DNA of 64,000 bases from Candidatus Omnitrophota bacterium (GCA_029571225.1 JAKPTF010000035.1:12575-76574), one strand, 5' to 3'. Positions 1 through 10,120 are shown, counted from the first letter of the stretch. The notes: generated by a model not told the origin, from the sequence alone. Made by a program: numbers and translations.

Positions 1-180
1 CTGCTTCAGCGCGGTCAAAGCGCCCGCATTCTCGAAGATCGTATTGGCGCCGATGACCAGCGCACCCTGGGTTTTTTGTTCGGCGCGCACCGCATTCACG
101 ACATTGCCGAAATACGTCGAAACCGCCTGGTACACGGCCTGATCCATCTCAAACAACGGCGCGGGCATATTCGTTGCAAC
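1..180 (-). repeat. Shared C-terminal domain, copy 1 (partial, continues beyond window), preceded by KDGG at 181-189
   Basis: ...GRVLKDGGVATNMPAPLFEMDQ...QGALVIGANTIFENAGALTALKQ matches GALVIGANTIFENAGSIAALTQ (PGI-like) and GAVILGANAIMENAGSIAALEK (FBA-PFK-GAPDH). The DNA at 25-65 is also close to 7795-7830. Confidence 0.8.
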
Positions 181-3100
181 ACCGCCGTCCTTAAGCACGC
201 GGCCGACCTGCCCAGCGGGCTTTTGGGTCGTATCGACCACAACCGGAGTTTGAACATTTTCGAACACGACGACTTTTCTGGACGACGACGGATCAGCTTT
301 GTTCGCAGTTTCCAGCTTAGCCTCTGCGATGCTCGCGGCGATCCCGCCGAACCTGAGCAGCTCCTCCTCGGTCGCAAGGCGGCGCCATTCGTCCCAGAAG
401 ATATCAACGCCTGCCCACGCGGCGCCGAGTTTGAGCGTGTCGTAGCTGATAAAGCTCAAGCCTGTGCCCAGGTCCTTGAAATATTCCAGATATTTGTCCA
501 GCTCGAGCGTGTTGGCAGGCGTGGCGATATCGACACCGACCTCAAGGCCGTCCTCGCCGGGTATGATCTTCAAGTCTTTGAGGATGTCACGCCAGGCGAT
601 CATGATCGCGCCTGCTTGCGTTCCCTTGACATGGGTGATCTGCAGACCGAAGTTCTTGCGGTCCGCAGGCGGCAATGAATCGCGCACGTTCTTGAACGCC
701 TTCAATGCCATGCGGTTGATCTGCCACATGTCGCCGATTGCCCGCGCAGCTCCGGCAATGCCGTAATCGGGATTCGGGTTGACCTGCTCCTCGAGGAATC
801 CTGCGCGCAGATCGCTGAACTGGACACAGTTGAGGCTATCTGTCTTGTGGATCACCAGCGCGCCGGGATGAGCCGCCAGGGCGCTGCGCATCGCTTCTTC
901 GAACTTTCCGGTGATGAACTGCTCGGCGGTCCGGCCGTTCAGAATCTTCGAGATGCCCGCGTTCAGGTCATCAAAGTACTGCCTGCGCAGGCCGCTGATC
1001 CAATCGTTGCCCAGCGACACCGCGCCTTTTTGCTTCGCGTCATCAAGGACATCAAGCATGAACTTTTTGATCACCGGCTCGCGCAGCGACTCGACTTTGG
1101 TTTCCAGCCTGGCAAGCAGCCATGCCCGCTTTTCGGCGCTGGTTTCCTGCATCACTTTTTCGACTTCATCAACGAGCTTGGCGACATAATCGTCAAACAT
1201 CTTGGCCTGCTCGGTCCAATCCTTCTTTTCGTATGCCAGGATAGCCCGGGGATGATACACCATGGCTGCGTACACGTCATTGGCGTTTTCGGCTACTGCC
1301 GCTTTGACCGGAACCTGCGGTTTCGTTTGCGGCACGGGAAGCCTGCGCAGCGGGGTTTTGATCTTGACGACATCGAGATTCCCTCTGTATATCTTCTTTG
1401 CGCCATAATCGACCGTCACGAACTTGCCTTCCAGAATGCCGCGCGAGGCGTTGATGCCTTTCGCTATTGCCTTGATACGCGTCGGAATGATTGATTTGTT
1501 CTTGTCGAAAACATCCCACCCGGTAAGGTCTGCGTCGGCGTCAACGATGATCGCCGGGACATACTGCAGATGCTGCCAGTCAATGCCTCTGCGTTTTAAT
1601 CCGGCAACGGAATTGTCCCAAGCCTTTTTCCACAGCTCAAGGATTTTCTTCCTGGCGTTCGGGTCCGTGATGCTGGCGTCAACCTGCTCCTTGAATTTCA
1701 TTTCGGGGACATCCAGGTTGGTCCAGACAAACAGGCCGTTATCCAGTTTCCGCATAAGCGGTTTCTGCCCCGGCGTGAGCGTCAGATATTCGAAAGCGCT
1801 TGCTCCGACTGCCGCGGATATCTCTTCCTTGGAAAAGGCGACCGGATTTCTGGTTATCACCGCGATCTTTTCGAAGAAGCGCGAAGTGGACCGGGCATCT
1901 TTCAGGCTTTGCAACTTGAGCGATTCCTTTTTGGCCAGAAGATCAGGGCCCTGCAGGCCTTTCAATGCGTCAGGAATCAGATCTTCGATGCCGTCCACGA
2001 AAACGATTTCGCCCTTGATAATGCCTTTTTTCTGCCGGACTTCACCCTGGCTCAGGTCGAACAGCGGATGTTTTTTTGCGTCATCAGGCAGGGATTTTAT
2101 TTCTTTCGTCGCAGCCATGACGTCGTACCGTGTCATGGACGCAGGCAGCCGGACTTTCATCATGCTGACGCCGAATGAATCCAGAAGCACCATGATCTTG
2201 CCCGCGGTTTCGTAATCGCCGCGGTTGACCAGGGCGGTGATCGCCTCGCCGCACAGACTTGTCGCAACCTCTTCATCTTCTGCGGATGCGACAACCGCTT
2301 CGATCAGCTGGAGCATAACGTCGGCGCCTTCATCGATGAGCGGAAGCCGCTTGGTCCCCTCGTCGTAAAAGTATCCGGCGCGTTTCATCTCGGGTATGGC
2401 CGCGATGGCTGCCGGATCCATGATCTTGAGTTTCATCTTCGGGTCCTCGCGGTCTCCCATGCCGGCAAGATGCGAATAGTCGTTGGTGCCGAACGAAAAG
2501 AACGTATGCTCAACGCCGTATTTCTTATATTTCCTGCCCATATCGGCCATTTTCTTTGCAAGCTGCGGCACATCCATGGCAGCGCTCGGAACCTCGATCA
2601 TGATGCCGATTTCTTTGGGCAATTTTCCTTTTTGCCTGGCCTTATACTCGATGATCGTATCCAGTGTTTCCAGCTCGCGGATCGAGCGTATGAAAACATA
2701 AAACCAGGCCTGGTTTTTGGTATTCTGATGCGCTTCGATGACCGAATCGAACAGAAAATCGAGCACAAGCTGGTTCCCGCCGAACTGTTCGTCAAACGCC
2801 TCGATCTCAAGCGAAGTTCCGCGCAGGCCGACAAGGGGATTGACCCCCGGCCATGAGAATATCTCGGAGCCGGGCATGCCGCGGATCTTATCCTGGGCAA
2901 AATCATACGCGCGGTTCTTGGCAACCTGGTCAGGCGCGATGGTAAATCCCATGAGGTTATAAAAATAGAGAAACTCCTTGCTCACGTACTCTTTGAAGTT
3001 TGCATACCCTTTTTCATTCAGTTTTTTATTAACCTCATCCAGTATCCAGGGATGATTCTGCAGGTCGGTCAGAATGTTGTAATTATAGTTGAACCTGCGC

Positions 3101-6100
3101 TGGAACTTGCCGTAGGCATATGAGAAAAACTCATAGTCGTCCTTGTTTAATCCTTCCACAAAATTAAGATCGGCTTTTTGCTGCGGAAACACCTGCGCCG
3201 CATCTATCTTGTTCAACCTAATATCAGACATCAGGTCAAAAACAGACAGAACGGACAGCATATCGTTTATCTCCGGCAGCCGGCCGTAGGTTTTTACGAA
3301 CGTAGCTGCGGCTGTCGGGTGTTTGCGCATATACTCAAACATTTCCCGGCTCATAGTATCGAGGAACTTTTCCGCGCCTGGCATGGACGTGCGTGCCCGG
3401 TCATTCGCGTATACCCGCTGCGGCATTGCAATTGTGCCGTCTGCGATCTGCTGAAGCAGGAAATGTCCGTAGCCCGCATACACATTGATGCCGATCTCCT
3501 CGCCCTTGAACTCGGCGCGCGTCAGGGCATTGCCTGCAGAGTCGGTCGCGAGCATGATGGGTGAATTCTGCTGGGCTGCGCTCGTGGCCGCGATAATCTG
3601 GCCAATTTTCGGATAGGGCATGTTATCCGGATCTCCAGGAATCAAAGGCGGCTCAACCGTAAACTCTACGTAATTGACCGGTATGCGCTTTTCCGGATCA
3701 GAATCCATTTCGTAGATATTGCCGTTATTTGCGTCAACAGTAAGCGCATCGCCGGTCTTGACAAGCTGACCTCCAAGCATGACCTTCCCGGCGCCCGTTA
3801 CCGCCGGAATACCCTGCTCGCGGCAGAAAATCGCAGCATGACACGTATCCCCGCCACGGATCGTGACGACGGAATTAACGAGGCGCATAATCGGATCGTG
3901 GTTCGGATCCGCTTCCAGAAGGTATAGGATGACAGGAAGCGGGTTATCAGGGCCGATATCGTTCAAGTCAAACCCGATCTCCTGTATGCGCCGGCGTTCC
4001 TCATCGGTGAAATCCCCTGATTTCAACCTGCGGATCTGGTCGGCATGCCAGGCGATATCCTTGTTCGGATCGAACACAAGCACGTATCCGTGCGTGGCGT
4101 TTTCTCCTTTCGTACCGCTGGCAATCGGTTTGGCATCCGAATGATCTTCGATCCATTTTTCATCGGCCTCTGTCCTGGCACGGACGACGTCCGTTTTAAG
4201 GTATTCCGCGGTATACGGCCGCGCCTGGACATTGTACAGCCGCATGGGCATTGCCTTGATGCGCGCCTTATCCTCCTCGCTTTTAACCTCAGCGCGCTCG
4301 CCCCTGGCATCCACCCCCCATATCCGGCCGTCTACGTCTATTTCGTAGATGCGCAGCGCCTTGTCTTCGGGCGCGGTCCGGTCGACTTCGATGGCGAATT
4401 CGATATCGCGTTTGTCACCGTAATATTCGACGATATTCCACCCCATGCGCGCGACATGCGCTGCCATTTCGTCGGCAAACGTAAAGGTGTTCTGATGGAC
4501 CTTGGTCGTCTTGAAATTCGACGTAAAGCTGTTATCGACGAGCGCCCGCATGAGATAGCTCAGATTTTCCATCTCCACGCCGGAAAGGCCGAGTTTATTG
4601 AGCACGGCAATCCGTTCGGGAAGTTCGAATTCCTTGTTCTCCCATGTCTCTTTGATCATGTAGATGAACGTATCGGCTTTCTTCATATCGCCGAGCTGCG
4701 CTGCCAGTTTATGCATACCGCGGGTTGTCTCTTTTTCCGCTTTGGTGACTTCCTCGAAGACGTTACGCACAACGCCCGATAATTCCGCTTCCTGAAAACC
4801 TTTTTCGCCCTTGCGATGAGCAATGAGAAATCGCTCCTTGATAAAATCCATGACCGCCGCTTCTGGTTCTTTGGCTTTGATCATGGCGGCAATGTCATTG
4901 GCAATACGCTGCACCTGAGCCTTTTTCTGTTTTTCGTCAATACCTTCTGCTCTCAAATATCTGGTACCGTATAATTTGGTAGCCAGGATACCGTTAATGC
5001 GCTTGCCAACCTCGTCATAGGCAATCGCTTCTTTGAGCGTGACGGCCAGCGTATTCAATTCTTTTTCGCTCATCTTGCCCGTGAAAGACTCGATCACATC
5101 CTCGACATTGCGCATCTGAATAAGTTTATTGCCCTTGTTCTTTTCGATCACGAACCAGTGTTCGCCGTCATACGTCGCCATGACATACTTGTCAGGGCTG
5201 ACCTTGCCGCCGACCACGTTTTCCCCGTATCCGAACGCGATCTCGAAGCTGGCTACGATCGCCTTGGTGCCGGTGATCAGTCCGGTCTTTTTATCCCTGA
5301 AAAGCAGAGAATCATCGTTCTTGAACCATGCGTTGTATAAGGACTGAGCTACGCCGGCCATTTTCGTTGCGGGATTGACGGTAAACAGGACGCCTGCAAG
5401 ATAACTCTTGACCATCTGCATGATGACGACGTCGATGCCGATCTGTTCAGGATGCGTCACCTCTTCGGATTTCTTTTTCAGCACCTTGAGTGCCTCAGCC
5501 AGCCACTCTTCCCGCTCGTGACTCAAAATTTCTTCCATCGCATTCATAAGATTTACGGACCCGGGATTCGGGCTCGATATTTGCGACATCTGGTCGGCAT
5601 ACGCGGCATATTCGGGCTTGTTGAGCTTCTTGGCATATTCCCGCAGTTTTGCCACAATGTCCCAATACACATCCTGCGAAAGCTTGCCTTGATAGTCGAT
5701 GGCTCCTGAAAACTGCAGGAATGTGGCGTCATCGCGGTAGCTGACTGCGCGGTCGGTAAAAAGGCTTGCGAAATCAGCGCGGGTCTTATCAAGGACCGCT
5801 TTGTCGCCTTTGACGTTCAAAAATGTATCCGATTGCCCTGCCTGCGAACCGGTGGATACCGGCAGCCAGGTCTTGACATGGATATCCTCTTTCGTGCCCG
5901 AGGAGCGCACGGCGACTGCCGCAGGAACGGCCTTGCCTGTGACCTGATACCTGATCATGCTCAACTGGTGGTACATCGAGATGATCTCATCCTTGATATC
6001 CGTCGGGATGGGAGCGTTCTTTATGGTTTCCCTTATCTCAGACGTAACCACATCCCGCTTCTGGTCGTCCATGGTGTCCAGCGTCTGAAGCTCATTGAAT

Positions 6101-7179
6101 ATCTTTTCCCAGACGTTCCTGTTGTTCCTGACAAACTCGAAATATGCCGTCGTTGTGACGTTCTGTCCGCGCGGCACATCAACGATACGGGACATGACCG
6201 ACAGGCTCAATCCCTTGCCGCCTGCAAGCGCAAGGCCTACCTGCTTGGCCTGTCTGCGGCCGACCTCTTTGGCGTCTTCAGAAACCGACACCTGTGTCGA
6301 AACATCAGTCGCGACACCGGTCACTGCGATAGCCCCTGCCCCTGCGCCGGCGGTTTCCGCCCCGCCGGTCGGGCCAAACATCGGCCCCGCACCCATCCCC
6401 ATATGGACCATGTCGCTGCCGACGAGCAGGGCAGCCATTTCCTTTGCCTTTTCCATCCCGACTTTCCTGGCCAGTTCATACACATAATCGCGCAATTCGC
6501 CGAACTCCACGACCATGCGCTCATTGACCGGGACCAGGCTTCTTTTTTCCAGCACCAGATAATCGTGGACGAGAATATCCACGACCGAAATCCCTTCCCG
6601 TTTCATTGCCGCGACATCCTCTTCGATGTTCTCGGCATCGCGCGCGAACACCGATAGCGGCAGATCCGGAATATCGCTGACGATCGCCTTGACCACGTGT
6701 TCCCCGGCAGCGTCCTCTTTCACCAAAGCAAGGGGAATGTCCGTATAGGTCAGGGTGTAAAATTTATCGCCCGGGTTGACCGCGCCGAAATAGTCCGCAA
6801 GATTCGCCTTTGCCCTGGGAGAACGAGCCAGGTCTATCTGCTGTTTTATAAATGTCCCGTAGGCGAGATTATCGATGGTCGCCGAAATCTTATAGTCGCC
6901 CAGAAATGCCTTGAAGGCATCCGCGCCTTTTGCCTCCTGGGAAGCGCCTGACCCGCCGTCCTTTGGAGCGAGAATCTCGGTTTTGGCAACTGACGCGGGC
7001 GCGACGTCAAGCGCCCGGCGTATCTCGGTAAGCCTGCCGCCGTCACGCGCAGGCGCGGGACGCAGGTTCGAATCACCAGCCAGCGCGCGCAGGGGCGCTG
7101 CACTCACGATAAACTGGACGGAAACAATGACGGCGATTATCTTTCTGGTAAACATAGATTTCGTCAACCTCTGGAACAT
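1..7179 (-). CDS. Giant PEP-utilising enzyme (pyruvate,phosphate dikinase / PEP synthase family) with signal-like N-terminus and shared C-terminal domain; >=2393 aa, 3' end runs off the window
   Basis: Absent from the ORF track because it has no in-window stop. Reading the minus strand from ATG 7177-7179 (GGAGGA 5 nt upstream) gives an unbroken frame to position 1 (7179 nt = 2393 codons). No listed minus-strand ORF lies in this frame. Motifs read: GGKGLSLSVM, VAVRSSGTKEDI, GYGENVVGG, DIEFAIE (ATP-grasp half); TIRGGDTCHAAIFCREQGIPAVTG (phospho-His swivel, His codon 3838-3840); NPLVGLRGTS, GIMIEVPSAAM, FFSFGTNDYSHL, LCGEA (PEP/pyruvate barrel). The N-terminus MFQRLTKSMFTRKIIAVIVSVQFIVSAAPLRALA is signal-peptide-like. 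Confidence 0.88.
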   Translation of the reverse strand, partial: MFQRLTKSMFTRKIIAVIVSVQFIVSAAPLRALAGDSNLRPAPARDGGRLTEIRRALDVAPASVAKTEILAPKDGGSGASQEAKGADAFKAFLGDYKISATIDNLAYGTFIKQQIDLARSPRAKANLADYFGAVNPGDKFYTLTYTDIPLALVKEDAAGEHVVKAIVSDIPDLPLSVFARDAENIEEDVAAMKREGISVVDILVHDYLVLEKRSLVPVNERMVVEFGELRDYVYELARKVGMEKAKEMAALLVGSDMVHMGMGAGPMFGPTGGAETAGAGAGAIAVTGVATDVSTQVSVSEDAKEVGRRQAKQVGLALAGGKGLSLSVMSRIVDVPRGQNVTTTAYFEFVRNNRNVWEKIFNELQTLDTMDDQKRDVVTSEIRETIKNAPIPTDIKDEIISMYHQLSMIRYQVTGKAVPAAVAVRSSGTKEDIHVKTWLPVSTGSQAGQSDTFLNVKGDKAVLDKTRADFASLFTDRAVSYRDDATFLQFSGAIDYQGKLSQDVYWDIVAKLREYAKKLNKPEYAAYADQMSQISSPNPGSVNLMNAMEEILSHEREEWLAEALKVLKKKSEEVTHPEQIGIDVVIMQMVKSYLAGVLFTVNPATKMAGVAQSLYNAWFKNDDSLLFRDKKTGLITGTKAIVASFEIAFGYGENVVGGKVSPDKYVMATYDGEHWFVIEKNKGNKLIQMRNVEDVIESFTGKMSEKELNTLAVTLKEAIAYDEVGKRINGILATKLYGTRYLRAEGIDEKQKKAQVQRIANDIAAMIKAKEPEAAVMDFIKERFLIAHRKGEKGFQEAELSGVVRNVFEEVTKAEKETTRGMHKLAAQLGDMKKADTFIYMIKETWENKEFELPERIAVLNKLGLSGVEMENLSYLMRALVDNSFTSNFKTTKVHQNTFTFADEMAAHVARMGWNIVEYYGDKRDIEFAIEVDRTAPEDKALRIYEIDVDGRIWGVDARGERAEVKSEEDKARIKAMPMRLYNVQARPYTAEYLKTDVVRARTEADEKWIEDHSDAKPIASGTKGENATHGYVLVFDPNKDIAWHADQIRRLKSGDFTDEERRRIQEIGFDLNDIGPDNPLPVILYLLEADPNHDPIMRLVNSVVTIRGGDTCHAAIFCREQGIPAVTGAGKVMLGGQLVKTGDALTVDANNGNIYEMDSDPEKRIPVNYVEFTVEPPLIPGDPDNMPYPKIGQIIAATSAAQQNSPIMLATDSAGNALTRAEFKGEEIGINVYAGYGHFLLQQIADGTIAMPQRVYANDRARTSMPGAEKFLDTMSREMFEYMRKHPTAAATFVKTYGRLPEINDMLSVLSVFDLMSDIRLNKIDAAQVFPQQKADLNFVEGLNKDDYEFFSYAYGKFQRRFNYNYNILTDLQNHPWILDEVNKKLNEKGYANFKEYVSKEFLYFYNLMGFTIAPDQVAKNRAYDFAQDKIRGMPGSEIFSWPGVNPLVGLRGTSLEIEAFDEQFGGNQLVLDFLFDSVIEAHQNTKNQAWFYVFIRSIRELETLDTIIEYKARQKGKLPKEIGIMIEVPSAAMDVPQLAKKMADMGRKYKKYGVEHTFFSFGTNDYSHLAGMGDREDPKMKLKIMDPAAIAAIPEMKRAGYFYDEGTKRLPLIDEGADVMLQLIEAVVASAEDEEVATSLCGEAITALVNRGDYETAGKIMVLLDSFGVSMMKVRLPASMTRYDVMAATKEIKSLPDDAKKHPLFDLSQGEVRQKKGIIKGEIVFVDGIEDLIPDALKGLQGPDLLAKKESLKLQSLKDARSTSRFFEKIAVITRNPVAFSKEEISAAVGASAFEYLTLTPGQKPLMRKLDNGLFVWTNLDVPEMKFKEQVDASITDPNARKKILELWKKAWDNSVAGLKRRGIDWQHLQYVPAIIVDADADLTGWDVFDKNKSIIPTRIKAIAKGINASRGILEGKFVTVDYGAKKIYRGNLDVVKIKTPLRRLPVPQTKPQVPVKAAVAENANDVYAAMVYHPRAILAYEKKDWTEQAKMFDDYVAKLVDEVEKVMQETSAEKRAWLLARLETKVESLREPVIKKFMLDVLDDAKQKGAVSLGNDWISGLRRQYFDDLNAGISKILNGRTAEQFITGKFEEAMRSALAAHPGALVIHKTDSLNCVQFSDLRAGFLEEQVNPNPDYGIAGAARAIGDMWQINRMALKAFKNVRDSLPPADRKNFGLQITHVKGTQAGAIMIAWRDILKDLKIIPGEDGLEVGVDIATPANTLELDKYLEYFKDLGTGLSFISYDTLKLGAAWAGVDIFWDEWRRLATEEELLRFGGIAASIAEAKLETANKADPSSSRKVVVFENVQTPVVVDTTQKPAGQVGRVLKDGGVATNMPAPLFEMDQAVYQAVSTYFGNVVNAVRAEQKTQGALVIGANTIFENAGALTALKQ
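2230..3620 (-). other. PEP/pyruvate-binding TIM-barrel domain (PEP-utilisers C)
   Basis: GNALTRAEF, NPLVGLRGTSLEIE, KEIGIMIEVPSAAM, HTFFSFGTNDYSHLAGMGDRED and SLCGEAITA occur in canonical order. Confidence 0.8.
3700..4140 (-). other. Phosphohistidine swivel (PEP-utilisers mobile) domain
   Basis: IASGTKGENATHGYVLVF ... TIRGGDTCHAAIFCREQGIPAVTGAG ... GDALTVDANNGNIYE. The catalytic His codon is at 3838-3840. Confidence 0.85.
4385..6260 (-). other. ATP-grasp / nucleotide-binding region of the PPDK/PEPS-like protein (with insertions)
   Basis: Runs from GGKGLSLSVM (about 6200-6235) through VAVRSSGTKEDI and GYGENVVGGKVSPDKY (about 5190-5240) to YGDKRDIEFAIEVD (about 4385-4425). The motif order is as in PPDK_N. 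Confidence 0.75.
6952..7179 (-). other. N-terminal leader: signal-like hydrophobic segment + NLRP motif + two DGG sites
   Basis: MFQRLTKSMFTRKIIAVIVSVQFIVSAAPLRALAGDSNLRPAPARDGG...ILAPKDGG. DGG codons are at 7036-7044 and 6952-6960, checked against the DNA. Confidence 0.6.
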
Positions 7180-7217
7180 TGTACTCCTCCCATGTTAGGA
7201 CGATTTTAAAATATCGG

Positions 7218-10073
7218 TTATATCTTGTTCAATGTATCTTCGAATATCACCTGGAGTCTGGCTATGTCATCGCTGACCGCAACCAGCGGAATATCCGATA
7301 TCTGAGCTGTTAATTCATTAAGGGACTTGGCATCCGCCTCGCTGATCATGCCCCTGTCCTTAAATGCCTGCACCATTTTGGCGAACTGCGCTCTCGTAGT
7401 GCCGACGTCGAATATAATGGCGATCGCCTTGGCGATTGCCAGCGGGACTGCGTTGATCTGTTTGACCGCCCCTGCCGTCCGCGCGGTCGAAACATGGACC
7501 ATCTGCAGCTCGCGATTATTGTTGAAGAATACGCTTGCATCGGGTACCTTGTACTCATCCTTGATATTATCGAGATCGAGATCCGAGTTGATGAGCACGA
7601 CTTTTCTGGGTGATATTTTGAGCTTCTCCATTGCCATGAGGGTTTCGCCCAGGCCCGTGTAGATTGTCGCTATTTTGTCAACGCCCAGCGCCTTTAACGC
7701 TGCGACGTCATCGTTATTCCTGGCCCATACGGCTATGGTGAGGACATTGGCCGCGTCGCGTGCCTGAGTGAGCGCTGCAATGCTGCCCGCGTTCTCGAAT
7801 ATGGTGTTGGCACCGATGACCAGCGCTCCTTCGATCCCTTCTATTTCGCGAACGCCCTTGATGATACCTTCATACATAAATGACGTTGCGCTGTACACGT
7901 TTCGGTCGGCGTCCTCGATGAACGCGGCAGCTTTACCAACAAGAGAATCGGCCGCATCCCGTACCCGTGCGAGGTCCAGATACGCCTTGACCTTGGAGAA
8001 AAAGTCCGCATACGCGCTTTCGACCTCAGGGGTCATCTGCTCGGCAACGAACAATACCGCTTTGCGCGGATCGAGCGAAGTGTACATCGCCTTGACCGTG
8101 CCGATGGTCTGGGCGAAAAGCAGGTTATCGTCGAATGGCACAGCCGGCTGGGGATTATTCAATGACGTAAAATATGTGGAAAAGAACATGTTCCTGCCGT
8201 CCTGGATGTTCTGCTGGTACGAATGGTTCTTATCCGGCCCTTCACCGAGTTTCGAAGGTATCCGGAGGCCGCGGGTAAATATGTCCCGGCGGGCGTCTTC
8301 AAGAATCCTCGTCATGGCAGGGCTCAGCTTGCCGTATGAAGACAACTCAGCGGCATTGAACTCGGTCTCGCCTGCTTTGGCCTTCTGTTCCAGAATCTGG
8401 GTGATTGCCGCATACACTGCAGCCGCGTTCTGCATATCCGCGCCCATTCTGCGCACCTGCGCGTCCAGAGCATCGGCAGTGATAATCCCTGACATGACAA
8501 GCGGCGCATAATACAGCGTGAATGCGTTTAAGTAATCGGCCGAAAACGGCGCCCATGCTGCCAGAACATCCTGTTTGGTTTGCCCGGAATCCTTCATGGC
8601 TTGAGCAATCGCCTTTGATTCTTTTTTGTATGCTTCGACGCCCGGTTGATTCACAAACCTGATATCCCATAAATAACCGATCGTCGCTACCATGCGCTGC
8701 AATCCGAGCATAACCCCGCCGATATCGGTAATATCCTTGATATTGATCTCCAGGGTCGGATACCCGTTTTCCTGCAGATACTTCCAGAATTCCCTGTTTG
8801 TCTCTGTTGCGCCGAGGTTAATCCTTAGGAAAACGCGGTCATTCTCATCAGCCGGCTTCAAAGACGCTTTCCACTGGTCATTGTCCGTTCCCAGGTCTTC
8901 TCCGTAAAAGACCGTGACGCCTTTTCCATCCTTGCCGAGCGATTCCTCGAATAGTTGTTCGGCCCACATAGGCAGAGCATTCAGTTTTTTCGGCACCAGC
9001 ATGGTCAGCTTGTCTTGTTTCAGATTTCTGGCGCGCACGAAGATCTCTGCCCCCATTTTCAGAAAATCGCCCTCACTGAGGCCCGAATTCATCCGCACGG
9101 CGCTCTTTAATATCGGCTCGATATCATCAGCCCCGGGCGTCAATGACCACGGAAGCATGAATATATTCGTGGTCGGCGCGGTAAACCGTCCCCCCACGTC
9201 CTTGAGATTATATACTTTGCCGGGGTTGACATCGTTCATCTGGATATATGCCCCCTGGCCTTTTTTGACATGGTCCCCATCCCACGGGCTGCCGGGATCG
9301 GTCACGTAAAACAAATGTTTTTCCGGGCCGGACACTGCGTATGCTTCGAATAATTTCCTGAAATATTTCTCGTGCTCAGTGGTTTCCTGGGTGGTCGCTG
9401 TCTTTGACATGAAAACCGCAACGGTTTTTTCCAAACCCGCCTTCATGTCATTACCCTCGGCACGCGCGATCTCATCGAGTATGGCTTTTATCGCGGCAGG
9501 ATCGGTGGTCCTCAGGCTATAGAACGGAGTACCTTCAGAATCGGGATCAAATGTTTGTTTGACCAGCTCCACGCTTAAGCCTGACCCGCCCATTCCACAG
9601 AACACCGCGTATTTAAAGCGGTTTACCAGCATTAAATTTTTAAGCCCTGTCGCCTGCCAGGGGACATATTCGTCAGCGCGCGCCAGATCGTCCAGAATAG
9701 CCTGGGCATTCCTCACGGTCCACCCAAGGCGAGAGGTAACGCCGTCTTCCTCATATCCCCACGCCGCGAAATCGCTGTCCGCCGACTCAAGCCGCTCGTT
9801 CATGCGCTCGGCCTTCAATCGTTGCATAAGCGTTTCGACTTCCCGTTTAACATTCACCGGCTTTCCGCCGTCTTTCAAAAGCGATAAGCGGCTGATGCCG
9901 AGATCCTGGCCAAGACTGTGTAAGCGCGAATTGCTCTGCTTTGCCGAAACCGGCCGGAGGTTATTGCCAGCAGCATAACCAGGAACAGCAATGCTATCGA
10001 CAAAAAAAGCCGCGCTCATGGCTACGGCTATTGCTTTACGAACGCGCCTTAAAGTTTCCGTCGAAGCAGGCAT
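7218..10073 (-). CDS. Glucose-6-phosphate isomerase (PGI/SIS family)-like protein with signal-like leader and shared C-terminal domain, 951 aa
   Basis: ORF track entry. GGGGGAGA sits upstream of the ATG. PGI motifs: FCGMGGSGLS, FMSKTATTQETTE, VGGRFTAPT, EESLGKDGKG, GPDKNHSYQQNIQDG. The N-terminus RKAIAVAMSAAFFVDSIAVPGYAAG is signal-like. Confidence 0.88.
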   Translation of the reverse strand: MPASTETLRRVRKAIAVAMSAAFFVDSIAVPGYAAGNNLRPVSAKQSNSRLHSLGQDLGISRLSLLKDGGKPVNVKREVETLMQRLKAERMNERLESADSDFAAWGYEEDGVTSRLGWTVRNAQAILDDLARADEYVPWQATGLKNLMLVNRFKYAVFCGMGGSGLSVELVKQTFDPDSEGTPFYSLRTTDPAAIKAILDEIARAEGNDMKAGLEKTVAVFMSKTATTQETTEHEKYFRKLFEAYAVSGPEKHLFYVTDPGSPWDGDHVKKGQGAYIQMNDVNPGKVYNLKDVGGRFTAPTTNIFMLPWSLTPGADDIEPILKSAVRMNSGLSEGDFLKMGAEIFVRARNLKQDKLTMLVPKKLNALPMWAEQLFEESLGKDGKGVTVFYGEDLGTDNDQWKASLKPADENDRVFLRINLGATETNREFWKYLQENGYPTLEINIKDITDIGGVMLGLQRMVATIGYLWDIRFVNQPGVEAYKKESKAIAQAMKDSGQTKQDVLAAWAPFSADYLNAFTLYYAPLVMSGIITADALDAQVRRMGADMQNAAAVYAAITQILEQKAKAGETEFNAAELSSYGKLSPAMTRILEDARRDIFTRGLRIPSKLGEGPDKNHSYQQNIQDGRNMFFSTYFTSLNNPQPAVPFDDNLLFAQTIGTVKAMYTSLDPRKAVLFVAEQMTPEVESAYADFFSKVKAYLDLARVRDAADSLVGKAAAFIEDADRNVYSATSFMYEGIIKGVREIEGIEGALVIGANTIFENAGSIAALTQARDAANVLTIAVWARNNDDVAALKALGVDKIATIYTGLGETLMAMEKLKISPRKVVLINSDLDLDNIKDEYKVPDASVFFNNNRELQMVHVSTARTAGAVKQINAVPLAIAKAIAIIFDVGTTRAQFAKMVQAFKDRGMISEADAKSLNELTAQISDIPLVAVSDDIARLQVIFEDTLNKI
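7221..7931 (-). repeat. Shared C-terminal domain, copy 2 (about 237 aa, ends VIFEDTLNKI)
   Basis: GALVIGANTIFENAGSIAAL...VWARNNDD...IATIYTGL...DLDNIKDEYKVPDASVFF...INAVPLAIAKAIAIIF...GMISEADAKSL...IPLVAVSDDIARLQVIFEDTLNKI. It is collinear with the 1726-aa protein tail. Confidence 0.85.
7974..9776 (-). other. PGI-like catalytic region
   Basis: Covers aa about 100-700 of the 951-aa protein. The PGI motifs listed for the CDS occur in canonical order. Confidence 0.75.
9864..10073 (-). other. N-terminal leader: signal-like segment + NLRP + KDGG
   Basis: MPASTETLRRVRKAIAVAMSAAFFVDSIAVPGYAAGNNLRPVSAK...SRLSLLKDGG. DGG codons at 9864-9872 were checked in the DNA. Confidence 0.6.
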
Positions 10074-10120
10074 TATCTCCCCCTTTTTATCGGCTTAGAT
10101 GGCATTACGATATATGCATG

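Noticed and set aside
76-7198. The region 1-7200 looks like a gene desert. The ORF track lists only short or odd plus-strand ORFs and small minus-strand ORFs, which could suggest a pseudogene field or an alternative genetic code.
   Set aside because: The minus strand in the frame of ATG 7177-7179 reads through to position 1 with strong PPDK/PEPS motifs. The track omits it only because it has no in-window stop. No recoding needs to be invoked, since the neighbouring genes end in TAA.
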